The notes beneath the pieces are model-generated. The model was not told the DNA's origin. It ran no database searches and saw nothing but the letters and a program-made list of their open reading frames with translations. This document shows positions 1 through 10,073 of a stretch of 64,000 nucleotides of DNA, in pieces. The stretch comes from a candidate division WOR-3 bacterium. Lineage in GTDB: Bacteria; Hydrothermota; Tepidihabitantia; Tepidihabitantales; DTDR01. The stretch spans positions 30,345-94,344 of the forward strand of contig JANXBG010000001.1 of the NCBI GenBank assembly GCA_025060715.1, read 5' to 3'. The position numbers were made by a program, and so were the translations under genes. Numbering within the stretch: the first letter of the stretch is position 1; each line of letters starts with the position of its first letter.

Positions 1-1548
1 TAATTTTATTTTTAAAATAAGAAAATCGGTTTTCAAATAATGATTGGCTCTTTCAATTATTTCTTTTTTCATTCCGATTACTTGAGCAATTTCTAAAGCA
101 CTAGACTCCCCCGGAATGCCGATAATTAGACGATAAGTTGGTTTTTCTTTATATTCCATTGCTGCATTCAAAAGCTTTGGTGAATTATGGGCAAAAATTT
201 TTAATCTGGGGGAATGGGTAGTAACAAAAACAAAAGAATTTCTTTTAGATAATTCTTCTAAAATTGCCATTGCCAATGCATCTCCTTCTTCGGGTGAAGT
301 GTCTTTTCCTAATTCATCTAATAAAATTAATGAATTCTCATCAGCTTCATCAAGAAAGTCTTTTATTTTTTTTATATGAGCATGAAAAGAAGAAAGTCCT
401 TTTTCTAAAGATTGTTCGTCGCCTATGTCAGCAAAAATTTTTTTAAAAAAGGGAATTTTGCTATTTCTACCTACTGGTGGAAATACTCCTGATTGGGTTA
501 AAAGAGAAATTATGCCGATAGTTTTTAAAACCACCGTTTTTCCACCAGCATTTGGCCCAGAGATTAAAAGAATTCTCACTTCTTTTGGCAATTGAAAAGA
601 GAGAGGAGTTACTTCACTTTTTATCTTTAATAAAAGAGGATGACGAGCAAAATTTATTTGAAATTCGTTATCTTTAGAAATTTCAATCTTTTGACAATTA
701 TATTCTTCTACGAATTTTGCTTTAGCATTTAAGGCATCTAAATAAGCAATAGTATCGCAAATTTTGCAGATTTCCCGATACTTTTTAATTATTTCTTGCG
801 TAAGACTTTTTAAGATTTTTTTCTTTTCTTCAATTAATTGACAATTAGCTTTTATTAATAAATTATTCTCTTCAACAATTTCTAAGGGTTCACAAAAAGC
901 AGTTTTTTCCGTTTCTGAATAATCATGGATAATTCCTGGAAATTTACTTATGAGATTAACCTTTATTGGTAACACGTATCTTTCACCGCATAAAGTATAA
1001 TTAGGAATTGTTAAAAAACTTGTTTTCTCTTTGATTATTTTATTTAATTTGCTGATAATTTTTTCTCGTAAATTTCTTATTTCCAAAATAATTTCCAAAA
1101 GATGAGGAAATGCTTCATATTTAACTTCGCCGTCTTCGCTAATTTTTTCTTCAATAAGGGAAATTAATTGCTGATCGCCGTTTAGATTATTTAAATAAAA
1201 GGAAAAAGATGGTGGTAAATTTTTGAGGGGAAAATATTTCTTCAATTTTTCAGCATCTTTTAAAAAATTTTTTATAGAAATTAAAGTTTTACCGTCGAAA
1301 TATCGTTCTTTTTTTAATTTTTCTTTTAAGAATTCTTTTAAATTAAAAAAGTTTCGATAAGAAGGTTTTTCTTTTAGTGAAAGGTAATATTCTAAATGAT
1401 TAAGTTCTCTTTTTATCGTTTCTTCTTCTGAAGAAGGCAAAAGGTTTAGGATTAATTCCCTCCCCATTGATGTTTCACAATAAATAGCGATTAAATTAAG
1501 AACTTTATGATATTCTAAATTTAAAAGAGTTTCCTGATTACAAATCAC
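1..1548 (-). CDS. mutS2: Endonuclease MutS2, N-terminal ~515 aa; C-terminus lies beyond the window start
   Basis: Continuous minus-strand frame from ~1548 to the window edge. It is absent from the ORF track because it runs off the window. My translation gives an N-terminus ...LEYHKVLNLIAIYCETSMGRELILNLLP... and a Walker A LLISGPNAGGKTVVLKTIG near nt 540-600, typical of MutS-family ATPases. Start is uncertain (GTG 1548 abutting the rpsU stop, or ATG 1467). Confidence 0.7.
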   Translation of the reverse strand, partial: MICNQETLLNLEYHKVLNLIAIYCETSMGRELILNLLPSSEEETIKRELNHLEYYLSLKEKPSYRNFFNLKEFLKEKLKKERYFDGKTLISIKNFLKDAEKLKKYFPLKNLPPSFSFYLNNLNGDQQLISLIEEKISEDGEVKYEAFPHLLEIILEIRNLREKIISKLNKIIKEKTSFLTIPNYTLCGERYVLPIKVNLISKFPGIIHDYSETEKTAFCEPLEIVEENNLLIKANCQLIEEKKKILKSLTQEIIKKYREICKICDTIAYLDALNAKAKFVEEYNCQKIEISKDNEFQINFARHPLLLKIKSEVTPLSFQLPKEVRILLISGPNAGGKTVVLKTIGIISLLTQSGVFPPVGRNSKIPFFKKIFADIGDEQSLEKGLSSFHAHIKKIKDFLDEADENSLILLDELGKDTSPEEGDALAMAILEELSKRNSFVFVTTHSPRLKIFAHNSPKLLNAAMEYKEKPTYRLIIGIPGESSALEIAQVIGMKKEIIERANHYLKTDFLILKIKL

Positions 1549-1549
1549 T

Positions 1550-1741
1550 TTACATTTGTTGCATTTTTTTTCGCCATCTTCTTATTGCTTCTGCCAGGCG
1601 TTTCCTTTTTTTCTCGCTGGGTTTTTCATAGTATTCCTTTCTTTTAATATCTTGTAAAATCCCAGCTTTTTCAACTGCCCGGCGAAAACGGCGAATAAAA
1701 CTTTCAAAGGGTTCACCGTCTCGAACTTCAATTTTTGTCAT
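1550..1741 (-). CDS. rpsU: 30S ribosomal protein S21
   Basis: 63-aa basic protein MTKIEVRDGEPFESFIRRFRRAVEKAGIL... is a classic S21 sequence. Confidence 0.9.
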   Translation of the reverse strand: MTKIEVRDGEPFESFIRRFRRAVEKAGILQDIKRKEYYEKPSEKKRKRLAEAIRRWRKKMQQM

Positions 1742-1767
1742 ATTTTCACCTCCTTGTAAATTAATTA

Positions 1768-2511
1768 TTAAATATTATTAAACTCATACAAAACTAAACT
1801 CACCGCTACAATTCCCGCTGTTTCGCTTCTCAATCTTCTTTTTCCTAAAGTAAAAAATTTTGCGCCTCCCTCTTCTGCTTTCTTTACTTCTTTTACAGTA
1901 AAACCGCCTTCCGGACCAATTATCAGTAAGATATTTTTAGCTTTTTTATTGACAACATTGGTTAATTTGGTTTCACAATTTTCGTAGGCTAAAAGAACTA
2001 AATCAAAAGATGGAAAGAGATTAATTAATTCATCAAAAGTTAAAGGATTATAAATTTTTGGTAAAATAGTTCCAGCAGAAGTTTTTAAAGAAGAAATGGC
2101 GATTTTTTTTAATCGATTCAGTTTATTTTCGTTTATTTTAGTAATAGTATTTTGAAAATAAACAGGTAAAAAACCGCTGATTCCTAATTCTGTAGTTTTT
2201 GCCAACATTATTTCAGTATTTTCTCCTTTTAATGGAGAGCTCGCTAAAGTAATTGTAATGTTAGGTTCTCGGGGTAAAAATTTTTTATTTAAAACCTCTC
2301 CTTCTAATTTTTCCCTTTTTATATTTATATTAGTAATTAAAAATTCATATTCATAACCGTAACCATCGGTTAATTTTATTTTATCACCAACTTTATGTCT
2401 CATCACTTTTAAAATATGTGCTGCCTCTTCATTTTCTATTATTATCTTCTCGCCGATTTCTAATTTTTGAGGATAATAATAAATTTCGCAGGATAAAAAA
2501 TTTTTTCCCAT
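1768..2511 (-). CDS. rsmE: 16S rRNA (uracil1498-N3)-methyltransferase RsmE
   Basis: 247 aa with an IIGPEGGFT...LGKRRLRSETAG C-terminal motif. Position after dnaJ matches Firmicute-like synteny. Confidence 0.8.
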   Translation of the reverse strand: MGKNFLSCEIYYYPQKLEIGEKIIIENEEAAHILKVMRHKVGDKIKLTDGYGYEYEFLITNINIKREKLEGEVLNKKFLPREPNITITLASSPLKGENTEIMLAKTTELGISGFLPVYFQNTITKINENKLNRLKKIAISSLKTSAGTILPKIYNPLTFDELINLFPSFDLVLLAYENCETKLTNVVNKKAKNILLIIGPEGGFTVKEVKKAEEGGAKFFTLGKRRLRSETAGIVAVSLVLYEFNNI

Positions 2512-3657
2512 TTAATCTTCCTGAGGACGGTGGGGTCTAGGTGGATGTTCGTGGGATATTTTCTGGAGCTCTTTTAATAAATTTTTCTCTTCTTCTGATA
2601 AATTGGTGGGGAAAAATATTTTGATTTTTACCAATAAATCACCGCGGCCCTTTGAAGTTTTTAATCCTAATTCTTTAATTCTTATTATTTGTCCATCCCG
2701 AATACCCGGATTAATTTTAATTTTCTTATTACCCTCTAAAGTAGGTACCTCAATTTCGCCACCAATTAAAGCAGTAGTATAATGAATAGGAACTTCTACC
2801 ATTAAATTTGCTCCTTTTCTTAAAAAAAGGGGATGGGGGATTTCTTCAAATTCAATAATTATATCTCCTTTTCCACCTTCATTATAATGTCCTTCCCCTT
2901 TTAAAACCAAATAATTGTTTTCTACAATTTCTTGAGGAATTCTAATTTTAAATATCTTTCTTTTTTTAATGCGCCCTTCTCCTCCACAGCTTTTACAAGT
3001 TTCTTTTATTACTTTACCACTTCCACCACAATTGGGGCAAGTAGTAATTTTAATCATTTGAGTAAAAGCACTTCTTTGGATTTGTTGAATTTCTCCTTTA
3101 CCTTTGCATAGGGAACAAGTTATTTTCCCTTTACCGCCACTTCCTTCACAAATTGGACATTTTTCATAACGTTCTAATTCAAAAGTTTTTTCTTTACCTT
3201 CTGCAATATCTTCTAAAGTTAATTTCATTTTTACCCTTATATTTCCGCCAACAACCTTTCTCTTTTTTTCTCTAAATGGTCTTTCCCAAATATCAAAAAT
3301 TGTTTCTTCTTCAAAAAATCTTTTAAGAAAATCAAAGGGATCAAAAGAACTGCCAAAAATATCCCGCCATTCATCGGCATGGGTAAAATGTTCCCAACTA
3401 AAACCACCGGGACCAAATTTTTGAGAAACTCCTTCATGGCCATATAAGTCGTATAATCTTCTTTTCTCATCATCCATTAATACTTCGTAAGCTTCAGAAA
3501 TTTCTTTAAATTTTTCTTCCGCTTCTTTTCTATTTTCGGGATTCATATCCGGATGGTATTTTTTGGCTAAACGCCGATAAGCCTGTTTTATTTCTTCTTT
3601 TGTAGCATTCCGGGAAACTCCTAAAATTTCGTAATAATCTTTTTTAGTCTTTTCCAT
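2512..3657 (-). CDS. dnaJ: Molecular chaperone DnaJ
   Basis: J-domain (YYEILGV...HPD), G/F-rich linker and four CxxCxGxG zinc-finger repeats. Confidence 0.95.
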   Translation of the reverse strand: MEKTKKDYYEILGVSRNATKEEIKQAYRRLAKKYHPDMNPENRKEAEEKFKEISEAYEVLMDDEKRRLYDLYGHEGVSQKFGPGGFSWEHFTHADEWRDIFGSSFDPFDFLKRFFEEETIFDIWERPFREKKRKVVGGNIRVKMKLTLEDIAEGKEKTFELERYEKCPICEGSGGKGKITCSLCKGKGEIQQIQRSAFTQMIKITTCPNCGGSGKVIKETCKSCGGEGRIKKRKIFKIRIPQEIVENNYLVLKGEGHYNEGGKGDIIIEFEEIPHPLFLRKGANLMVEVPIHYTTALIGGEIEVPTLEGNKKIKINPGIRDGQIIRIKELGLKTSKGRGDLLVKIKIFFPTNLSEEEKNLLKELQKISHEHPPRPHRPQED

Positions 3658-3719
3658 AAAAACAAAGAAATATCTTTAATTCTTTATATTATTTAATAAA
3701 AACTTTAAAATTAATTTTA

Positions 3720-4172
3720 TTAACTTACTTTTACCTTTTTCACCTTTAATAACGGTTTGGCGGCTTCTTCTAACTCTTTTATTGCAGTGTTAATCGCTTT
3801 TTTGTCTTTTTTAATTAATGCCTTCTTTAGTTTTTCTAATTTACTTTCTACTTGTTTCTTTTCTTTGGAAGTTAAAGTATCACCATATTTTTTTAATTTT
3901 TCTTGGATAGTAAAGTATTTAATCCGACCGCGCATCAAGGGTTTTTTAAGTTCCTTAAGAGCAGTAATCAATTCTTTGCTTCCGAATCTTCTTAAAATTC
4001 TCTCTTCAATTTGTCTCACTCTTTCCCGTGTGATGTTAAGTTTGTTACCAATCGCTTGTAAAGTATAGGGAATTTCGCCGCCCAAACCGTATCTTAATCT
4101 GATAACTTCTTCCTCTCTTTTTGTTAAAGATTTAAGTATCTTTTCAAGTTTTCCATCTAAATTACTTACCAT
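3720..4172 (-). CDS. Small chimeric protein: N-terminal sigma-70 region 4 HTH fused to a C-terminal DnaK lid-like helical segment
   Basis: Good SD (AAAGGAGAAATT-ATG) immediately downstream of the dnaK stop. Residues 1-85 (LTKREEEVIRLRYGL...ITRERVRQIEERILRRFGSKELITALKEL) match the extreme C-terminus (region 4.2) of RpoD. Residues ~95-145 (LKKYGDTLTSKEKKQVESKLEKLKKALIKKDKKAINTAIKELEEAAKPL) align with the DnaK C-terminal subdomain (GDKLxxxDKxxIExxLxxLxxALxxxDKxAIExxxxELxxxxxKL). Confidence 0.6.
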   Translation of the reverse strand: MVSNLDGKLEKILKSLTKREEEVIRLRYGLGGEIPYTLQAIGNKLNITRERVRQIEERILRRFGSKELITALKELKKPLMRGRIKYFTIQEKLKKYGDTLTSKEKKQVESKLEKLKKALIKKDKKAINTAIKELEEAAKPLLKVKKVKVS

Positions 4173-4184
4173 AATTTCTCCTTT

Positions 4185-6044
4185 TTAAGATTTACTATCT
4201 TCATCATAAACTTCATAATCTTTTTTATCTTTTTCTTCTTTAGTTCGAGCCTGTTGATACATTGCTTCGGCCAAACGGTGGCTTGCTCTTTGTAATTCAT
4301 CAATCGCTTTTTCTATTTCTTCTTTACTATCTCCTTTCATTACTTCTTTCAATCGGTTTAGTTTTTCTTCAATTTCTCTTCTATCACTTTCTGATATTTT
4401 ATCTCCAAACTCTTTTAAATTTTTTTCAATTGTGTAGGCTAAGGTATCAGCTTTATTTCTCGCTTCCACTAATTCTTTTTTCTTCCGGTCTTCTTCCCGA
4501 TGCATTTCTGCTTCTTTAATCATTCTTTCAATTTCTTCTTTTGTTAATCCAGAAGAAGGAATAATTCTCATACTCTGTTCTTTTTTGGTGGCTAAATCGC
4601 GAGCAGTAACATGTAAAATACCATCCGCATCAATGTCAAAGATAACTTCAATTTGGGGTACTCCTCGAGGAGCCGGAGGAATACCATGCAATTCAAATCT
4701 TCCTAAACTTTTATTATCAGCCGCCATTGGTCTTTCTCCTTGAAGCACATGAATAGTAACAGCGGTTTGATTATCTTCAGCAGTAGTAAAAATCTGGCTT
4801 TTTCTTACCGGAATAGTAGTATTTCTTTCAATTATTTTGGTAAAAACACCACCAAGAGTCTCAATGCCTAAGGAAAGAGGAGTAACATCTAAAAGAACGA
4901 TATCTTTAATTTCCCCAGCCAACACTGCTCCTTGAATAGCAGCTCCGATCGCTACCACTTCATCAGGATTAATTCCTTTGTGAGGTTCTTTACCAAAAAA
5001 GTCTCTCACTACCTCCTGAACCCTAGGCATTCTAGTTTGTCCACCTACTAAAATAACTTCGTCAATATCTTCCGGTTTTAATTTAGCGTCCGATAAACAA
5101 TTCCTTACTGGTTCTAAAGTTTTTTGAATTAAATCTTCTACCATTGCTTCTAAACGTGCCCGGGTTAATTTTAATTCCAAATGGATTGGGCCTCTTTCGG
5201 GATCAGAATAAATAAAAGGCAAACTTATTAAAGTTTCATATTTAGTAGAAAGCTCTCTTTTTGCTTTTTCTGCTGCTTCTCTGATTCTTTGTAAAGCAGT
5301 ACGGTCTTTAGAAAGATCAATCTTAAACTCTCTTCTTGCTTCTTCTAAAATCCATTCAACAATTCGGGCATCAAAATCATCTCCTCCTAAATGGGTATTA
5401 CCATTAGTAGCGATTACTTCAAAAACACCTTCTCCGATTTCTAAGATAGAAATATCAAAGGTACCACCACCTAAATCATATACCGCAATTTTTTCGTTTT
5501 TTTTCTTATCTAACCCATAAGCCAACGCAGCAGCAGTAGGTTCATTGATAATTCTTAACACTTCTAAACCAGCAATCTTACCAGCATCTTTTGTGGCTTG
5601 CCTTTGGGCATCGTTAAAATAAGCAGGAACAGTAATAACTGCCTTTTCGATTTTTTCGCCTAAATATTGTTCTGCAGCATTTTTTAAATACTCTAAAATC
5701 ATCGCCGAAATCTGAGGTGGCGAATATTTTTTCCCTTCCACTTCTACCCAGGCATCTCCATTATCAGCCGGCACCACTTTATAAGGAACTAATTTTATCT
5801 CTTCCGTTACTTCTGAATATTTTCTTCCCATAAATCGTTTGATTGAGTAAATTGTTTTATCAGGATTGATTATTGCTTGCCTTTTTGCTAGAGTCCCAAC
5901 AAGCCTTTCTTTTCCAAAAGCAACAACCGAAGGAGTGGTCCTTTCTCCTTCCGGATTTGGAATAACTACCGGTTGACCTTTTTCCATTACTGCCACTACA
6001 GAAAAAGTTGTTCCCAAATCTATCCCAATTACTCTTTTTCCCAT
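4185..6044 (-). CDS. dnaK: Molecular chaperone DnaK (Hsp70)
   Basis: 619 aa with [22 protein letters not shown] and the full Hsp70 architecture. Confidence 0.95.
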   Translation of the reverse strand: MGKRVIGIDLGTTFSVVAVMEKGQPVVIPNPEGERTTPSVVAFGKERLVGTLAKRQAIINPDKTIYSIKRFMGRKYSEVTEEIKLVPYKVVPADNGDAWVEVEGKKYSPPQISAMILEYLKNAAEQYLGEKIEKAVITVPAYFNDAQRQATKDAGKIAGLEVLRIINEPTAAALAYGLDKKKNEKIAVYDLGGGTFDISILEIGEGVFEVIATNGNTHLGGDDFDARIVEWILEEARREFKIDLSKDRTALQRIREAAEKAKRELSTKYETLISLPFIYSDPERGPIHLELKLTRARLEAMVEDLIQKTLEPVRNCLSDAKLKPEDIDEVILVGGQTRMPRVQEVVRDFFGKEPHKGINPDEVVAIGAAIQGAVLAGEIKDIVLLDVTPLSLGIETLGGVFTKIIERNTTIPVRKSQIFTTAEDNQTAVTIHVLQGERPMAADNKSLGRFELHGIPPAPRGVPQIEVIFDIDADGILHVTARDLATKKEQSMRIIPSSGLTKEEIERMIKEAEMHREEDRKKKELVEARNKADTLAYTIEKNLKEFGDKISESDRREIEEKLNRLKEVMKGDSKEEIEKAIDELQRASHRLAEAMYQQARTKEEKDKKDYEVYDEDSKS

Positions 6045-6082
6045 ATCACCTCCTTTGTATCTTCCATATTTATTAGACTCAT

Positions 6083-6550
6083 TTATTCCTCCGAAGGATT
6101 TTGTTTTTCTTTACTAACTATTACCTGAGCAGGCTTTAATACACAATCTTTATAGATATAACCTTTACTAACCTCTTCAACAATTGTGTTCGGTGGAACT
6201 TTATCAGTTTCTACATAACCCACAGCTTCAGCATATTTTGGGTCAAAGTCTTTTTCTAATAAAGAGTATTCTTTTAATCCATGCTTTTCTAAAATACTTT
6301 TTATTTGATTATAGATTATTTCCAAACCCCTTTTTAAACTTTGAAAATTATTGTTTAATTGAGAATGAAATAGGGCCCGATTAAAATTCTCTAAGACCGG
6401 AATAATATCCATAAAGAATTCTTTCAAACTTAATTCTTTTGCCATCAATACTTCCCTTTCTTTTCTTTTTCGGAAATTATCAAATTCTGCTAATAAACGT
6501 AAATAGCTATCTTTTAATAAACTTACTGGTCCTACTTTCTTTTTTTCCAT
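6083..6550 (-). CDS. grpE: Nucleotide exchange factor GrpE
   Basis: 155 aa with [18 protein letters not shown]; sits directly upstream of dnaK. Confidence 0.9.
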   Translation of the reverse strand: MEKKKVGPVSLLKDSYLRLLAEFDNFRKRKEREVLMAKELSLKEFFMDIIPVLENFNRALFHSQLNNNFQSLKRGLEIIYNQIKSILEKHGLKEYSLLEKDFDPKYAEAVGYVETDKVPPNTIVEEVSKGYIYKDCVLKPAQVIVSKEKQNPSEE

Positions 6551-6551
6551 C

Positions 6552-6580
6552 TTGACTTTATATTATTTTAATATTATAAT
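6552..6580 (+). promoter_or_regulatory. Sigma-70-type promoter TTGACT-N17-TATAAT in the divergent grpE / PF04008 intergenic region
   Basis: Perfect -35 at 6552-6557 and -10 at 6575-6580. It lies 49 nt upstream of the 6629 ATG, which has an AAGGAGG SD. Confidence 0.5.
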
Positions 6581-6628
6581 ATACCAAAAAATTAATGATT
6601 TGTCAACAAGTAAAGCTAAGGAGGAAAT

Positions 6629-7111
6629 ATGGAAATAAAAATAGTTGAGATAAAAAAACCAACTGATGTAAATATCATTTTAGGTCAAAGCCATTTTATC
6701 AAAACGGTGGAAGATTTGTACGAAGTAATTGTTAGCACTAATCCTAGTGCTAAATTTGGTATTGCTTTTTGTGAGTCTTCCGGTCCCTGTTTGGTTCGTT
6801 GTGAAGGAAATGATGAGGATTTAAAAAGTTTAGCTGTTGAAAATGCTTTAAATGTTGGTGCTGGTCATTTTTTTATTATCTTTTTAAGAGATGCTTATCC
6901 AATAAATATTTTAAACGGAATAAAGCAAGTTTGTGAAGTTTGTTCGATATATGCGGCCACGGCTAATCCATTAAAAGTGATTGTTGCTGATGATGGAGAG
7001 GGTCGAGGAATTTTAGGAGTGATTGATGGCTTAAAACCAAAGGGAGTAGAAAAACTAGAAGATATTGAAAAGAGAAAAAAATTTCTGCGAGATATTAAGT
7101 ATAAATTATGA
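6629..7111 (+). CDS. PF04008 (adenosine-specific kinase / DUF355-like) family protein
   Basis: 160 aa with [20 protein letters not shown]...[19 protein letters not shown]...[10 protein letters not shown] recognise this as the small archaeal/bacterial family annotated as adenosine-specific kinase. Recalled from memory, so moderate confidence. Confidence 0.5.
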   Translation: MEIKIVEIKKPTDVNIILGQSHFIKTVEDLYEVIVSTNPSAKFGIAFCESSGPCLVRCEGNDEDLKSLAVENALNVGAGHFFIIFLRDAYPINILNGIKQVCEVCSIYAATANPLKVIVADDGEGRGILGVIDGLKPKGVEKLEDIEKRKKFLRDIKYKL

Positions 7112-8394
7112 TTTGGATTGAAAATATTGGCAATTACGAAGGAAAAGAAGTTGTTTTAAAAGGTTGGGTATATAATAAAAGGTCTTCGGGTAAAGTAAGA
7201 TTTGTGTTAATTAGAGATGGTACGGGCATACTTCAGGCGGTCTTTTCCGCTCAAGAAGTAGATGAAAATTCTTTTGATTTAGCTGATAAGGTGACTCAAG
7301 AATCTTTAGTAGAACTTAAAGGAATAGTGCGAAAGGATGAAAGAGCACCCGGAGGTTTTGAATTGGTTGCTAAGGAATTGAAACTTTTAAGTTCCTCAGA
7401 AAATTATCCGATTACTAAGAAAGAACATGGTGTTGATTTTCTTTTGCAACACCGTCATCTCTGGATTCGTTCAAGAAAGCAGTTTGCTATTTTAAGAATT
7501 CGTGCTGAAGTAATAAAAGCTTGTCGCGATTTTTTAGATAACAAAGGGTTTATTCTTATTGACGCACCAATTTTAACACCCACCTCTTGTGAAGGAACTA
7601 CAACTCTTTTTGAGGTTAACTACTTTGATAGAAAAGCTTATCTTTCTCAAAGTGGACAACTTTATAATGAAGCAGCGGCAGCAGCTTTTGGAAGAGTTTA
7701 TTGTTTTGGTCCAACTTTTCGGGCAGAAAAATCGAAGACGAGAAGACATTTGACAGAATTTTGGATGGTTGAACCAGAAGCAAGTTTTATGGAACTTTTT
7801 GATATTATTGAGTTAGCAGAAGAGATGATTGTTTATATTGTAGAAAGGGTTTTAGAGAAAAGAAAAAAAGAATTAGAAATTTTAGAGAGAGATGTAAGTT
7901 TATTATCAAATATTAAAAGGCCCTTTCCTAGAATAACTTATGATGAAGCAATAAAGAGATTACAAGAAAAGGGTTTTAAGATAAATTGGGGAGATGATTT
8001 TGGCGGAGATGAAGAGACCTTTTTATCTAATCTTTATGAGAAACCGTTGGTAATTTATTATTATCCAGCAAAATGTAAAGCCTTTTATATGAAGAGATTA
8101 AAAGAAAATCCCGAGATTTCTTTATCGGTTGATATTTTGGCACCCGAAGGATATGGTGAAATCGTTGGTGGTGGACAAAGAGAAGATGATTTAAAAGAAT
8201 TGGAAAAAAGGTTAATAGAATATAATCTACCAAGAGAACCTTTTGAATGGTATTTAGATTTAAGAAAGTATGGTAGTTTTATCCATTCTGGTTTTGGTTT
8301 AGGAATAGAAAGAACCGTTGCTTGGATATGCAAGATTAAACATATTAGAGAAGCGATACCTTTTCCCAGAATGTTAGATAGAATTTATCCTTAA
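7108..8394 (+). CDS. asnS: Asparagine--tRNA ligase
   Basis: 428 aa class IIb aaRS. The C-terminal block [13 protein letters not shown]...[18 protein letters not shown]...[15 protein letters not shown]...IPFPR matches AsnRS (QREERL, KAFYM). An archaeal-type AspRS is the alternative. Confidence 0.75.
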   Translation: MIWIENIGNYEGKEVVLKGWVYNKRSSGKVRFVLIRDGTGILQAVFSAQEVDENSFDLADKVTQESLVELKGIVRKDERAPGGFELVAKELKLLSSSENYPITKKEHGVDFLLQHRHLWIRSRKQFAILRIRAEVIKACRDFLDNKGFILIDAPILTPTSCEGTTTLFEVNYFDRKAYLSQSGQLYNEAAAAAFGRVYCFGPTFRAEKSKTRRHLTEFWMVEPEASFMELFDIIELAEEMIVYIVERVLEKRKKELEILERDVSLLSNIKRPFPRITYDEAIKRLQEKGFKINWGDDFGGDEETFLSNLYEKPLVIYYYPAKCKAFYMKRLKENPEISLSVDILAPEGYGEIVGGGQREDDLKELEKRLIEYNLPREPFEWYLDLRKYGSFIHSGFGLGIERTVAWICKIKHIREAIPFPRMLDRIYP

Positions 8395-8397
8395 AAA

Positions 8398-8994
8398 CTA
8401 AGAAATAAGCTCTTTGAGAAATTTTTTTAATTGAAAAAGGGCTTTTGCCCGATGGCTTATTTTGTTTTTCTCTTCTCCAAGAAGAGCAAAAGTTTTGTTA
8501 TAACCTTTTGGAATAAAAATTGGGTCGTAACCAAAACCTTTATCTCCCATTTTCTTTTCACTGATATAACCCTCGCACTCGCCTTCAAAAAATTTTACTT
8601 TCTTTAAGGATAGAGATAAGGCAATCACACATTTGAATTTTGCTTTTCTTTTTTCCTTTTCAACTCCTTTTAATAGTCTTAGGACTTTTTTTATATTTTC
8701 TTCATCATTTTTCTTTTTGGCAAAGTGAGAGGATTTTATACCCGGTGCGCCATTTAAGTAATCAATCATTAAACCTGAATCTTCACCAATGCTAATATAG
8801 CCTGTTTGTAATAAACCGGTGATCGCTTTTTTGTAGGCATTTTCATAGAAACTATCACCATCCTCTTTGCAAACAAATTTAATCTTTAAATCCTTTGGGG
8901 TTAGAAGTTCAATATTTAAATCAGAAAGAATTTCTTTTATTTCTTTTATCTTTCCTTTATTATTAGTGGCTAAAAAGATTTTCATGATTTTCAT
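8398..8994 (-). CDS. rdgB: dITP/XTP pyrophosphatase (RdgB/Ham1 family)
   Basis: 198 aa; FLATNNKGKIKE...GFGYDPIF...SHRAKA are the Ham1 signature. Confidence 0.85.
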   Translation of the reverse strand: MKIMKIFLATNNKGKIKEIKEILSDLNIELLTPKDLKIKFVCKEDGDSFYENAYKKAITGLLQTGYISIGEDSGLMIDYLNGAPGIKSSHFAKKKNDEENIKKVLRLLKGVEKEKRKAKFKCVIALSLSLKKVKFFEGECEGYISEKKMGDKGFGYDPIFIPKGYNKTFALLGEEKNKISHRAKALFQLKKFLKELIS

Positions 8995-10073
8995 AAATAT
9001 TTTTGATACCTTTTATTTTCTTTTAATATTTTTAAGAAATTTTTTATTTTATCAAACTCTTTTTTATTACAGGCAAAGATAAGGTCTTTATCTTTTATCA
9101 AAATCAAATCTTTTATTCCTAAAGAAAAGATGGGTAAATCCTTGGTATAAAATATAGAATTTTCTGTATCCCAGGTAAAAATATCTCCAATTTTTACATT
9201 CTTTCCTTCGTCTTTATCATAATATCTTTCTAAGGCTAAAATTGAGCCTACATCGTCCCAGTCAAAGTTACTTTTTATTACTGCAATCCTTTCTGCCTTT
9301 TCCATAATCGCATAATCAACCGAAATATTTTCTGCTCTTTGGTAAATATCCTCCAATAATTTTCTTTCTTTTTTTGTTCCCAAATATTTTTCTAATAATT
9401 TTAAATCTTCATAAAAAGAAGGCATAAATCTTTCTACCTGTGTTAAAAAATAACTCACTTTCCAAACAAACATTCCACTATTCCAAAGAAATCTTTTACT
9501 TTCTAAAAATTCTTTCGCTTTTTCATAATTAGGTTTCTCAATAAACCTTTTTACTAAATAACTTTTTAAATTGTTTTCTTCTTTTATTAAATTATCAATC
9601 TCAATATAGCCATAGCCCGTAGCGGGATAGGTGGGTGGTATACCAAAGGTTAATAAATAATCCTCTTGGGCTATTTGGAAAGCAAAATTAACACATTTGT
9701 GAAATTCATTAAAATTTTTAATCAGATGGTCAGCAGGTAAAACAATTGTTAAGGCATCTTCTACTTCTTTTTTTATATAAAGAGAAGCCAAAGCAATGGC
9801 AATGGCAGTATTTTTTGATTGGGGTTCAATTATTAAATTATTTTCTTTTAATTTTAATAAATTTCTTGTAATTTTTGCCAAATCTTTAGGGATAACATAT
9901 TTTTGATATTTTAAAGGAATAATTTTGCTAATTCTTTCTTTAGTTAGTTTTAAAAGGGATTTATTATAAAAAAGTTTTAAAAATTGCTTTGGTTTTTTAA
10001 ATCGACTTAAAGGCCAAAATCTTTCTCCTCGCCCACCAGCAATTATTATGGCGTATTTTTTAAAATCTTTCAT
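8991..10073 (-). CDS. Mannose-1-phosphate guanylyltransferase (GDP-mannose pyrophosphorylase)
   Basis: N-terminal IIAGGRGERFWPLS...PKQFL nucleotidyltransferase motif; 360 aa. Confidence 0.8.
   Translation of the reverse strand: MKDFKKYAIIIAGGRGERFWPLSRFKKPKQFLKLFYNKSLLKLTKERISKIIPLKYQKYVIPKDLAKITRNLLKLKENNLIIEPQSKNTAIAIALASLYIKKEVEDALTIVLPADHLIKNFNEFHKCVNFAFQIAQEDYLLTFGIPPTYPATGYGYIEIDNLIKEENNLKSYLVKRFIEKPNYEKAKEFLESKRFLWNSGMFVWKVSYFLTQVERFMPSFYEDLKLLEKYLGTKKERKLLEDIYQRAENISVDYAIMEKAERIAVIKSNFDWDDVGSILALERYYDKDEGKNVKIGDIFTWDTENSIFYTKDLPIFSLGIKDLILIKDKDLIFACNKKEFDKIKNFLKILKENKRYQKYL

Noticed and set aside
264-446. 60-aa plus-strand ORF.
   Set aside because: Antisense to the MutS2 coding region; spurious.
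3237-3473. 78-aa minus-strand ORF inside dnaJ in another frame, together with the plus-strand ORFs 3757-4068 and 4262-4519 opposite the small chimera and dnaK.
   Set aside because: Shadow ORFs of AT-rich coding DNA: no SD, low-complexity translations, and fully embedded in well-supported genes.
6551-6628. Searched for a CIRCE element (TTAGCACTC-N9-GAGTGCTAA) upstream of grpE.
   Set aside because: No such inverted repeat present; only sigma-70-like hexamers.
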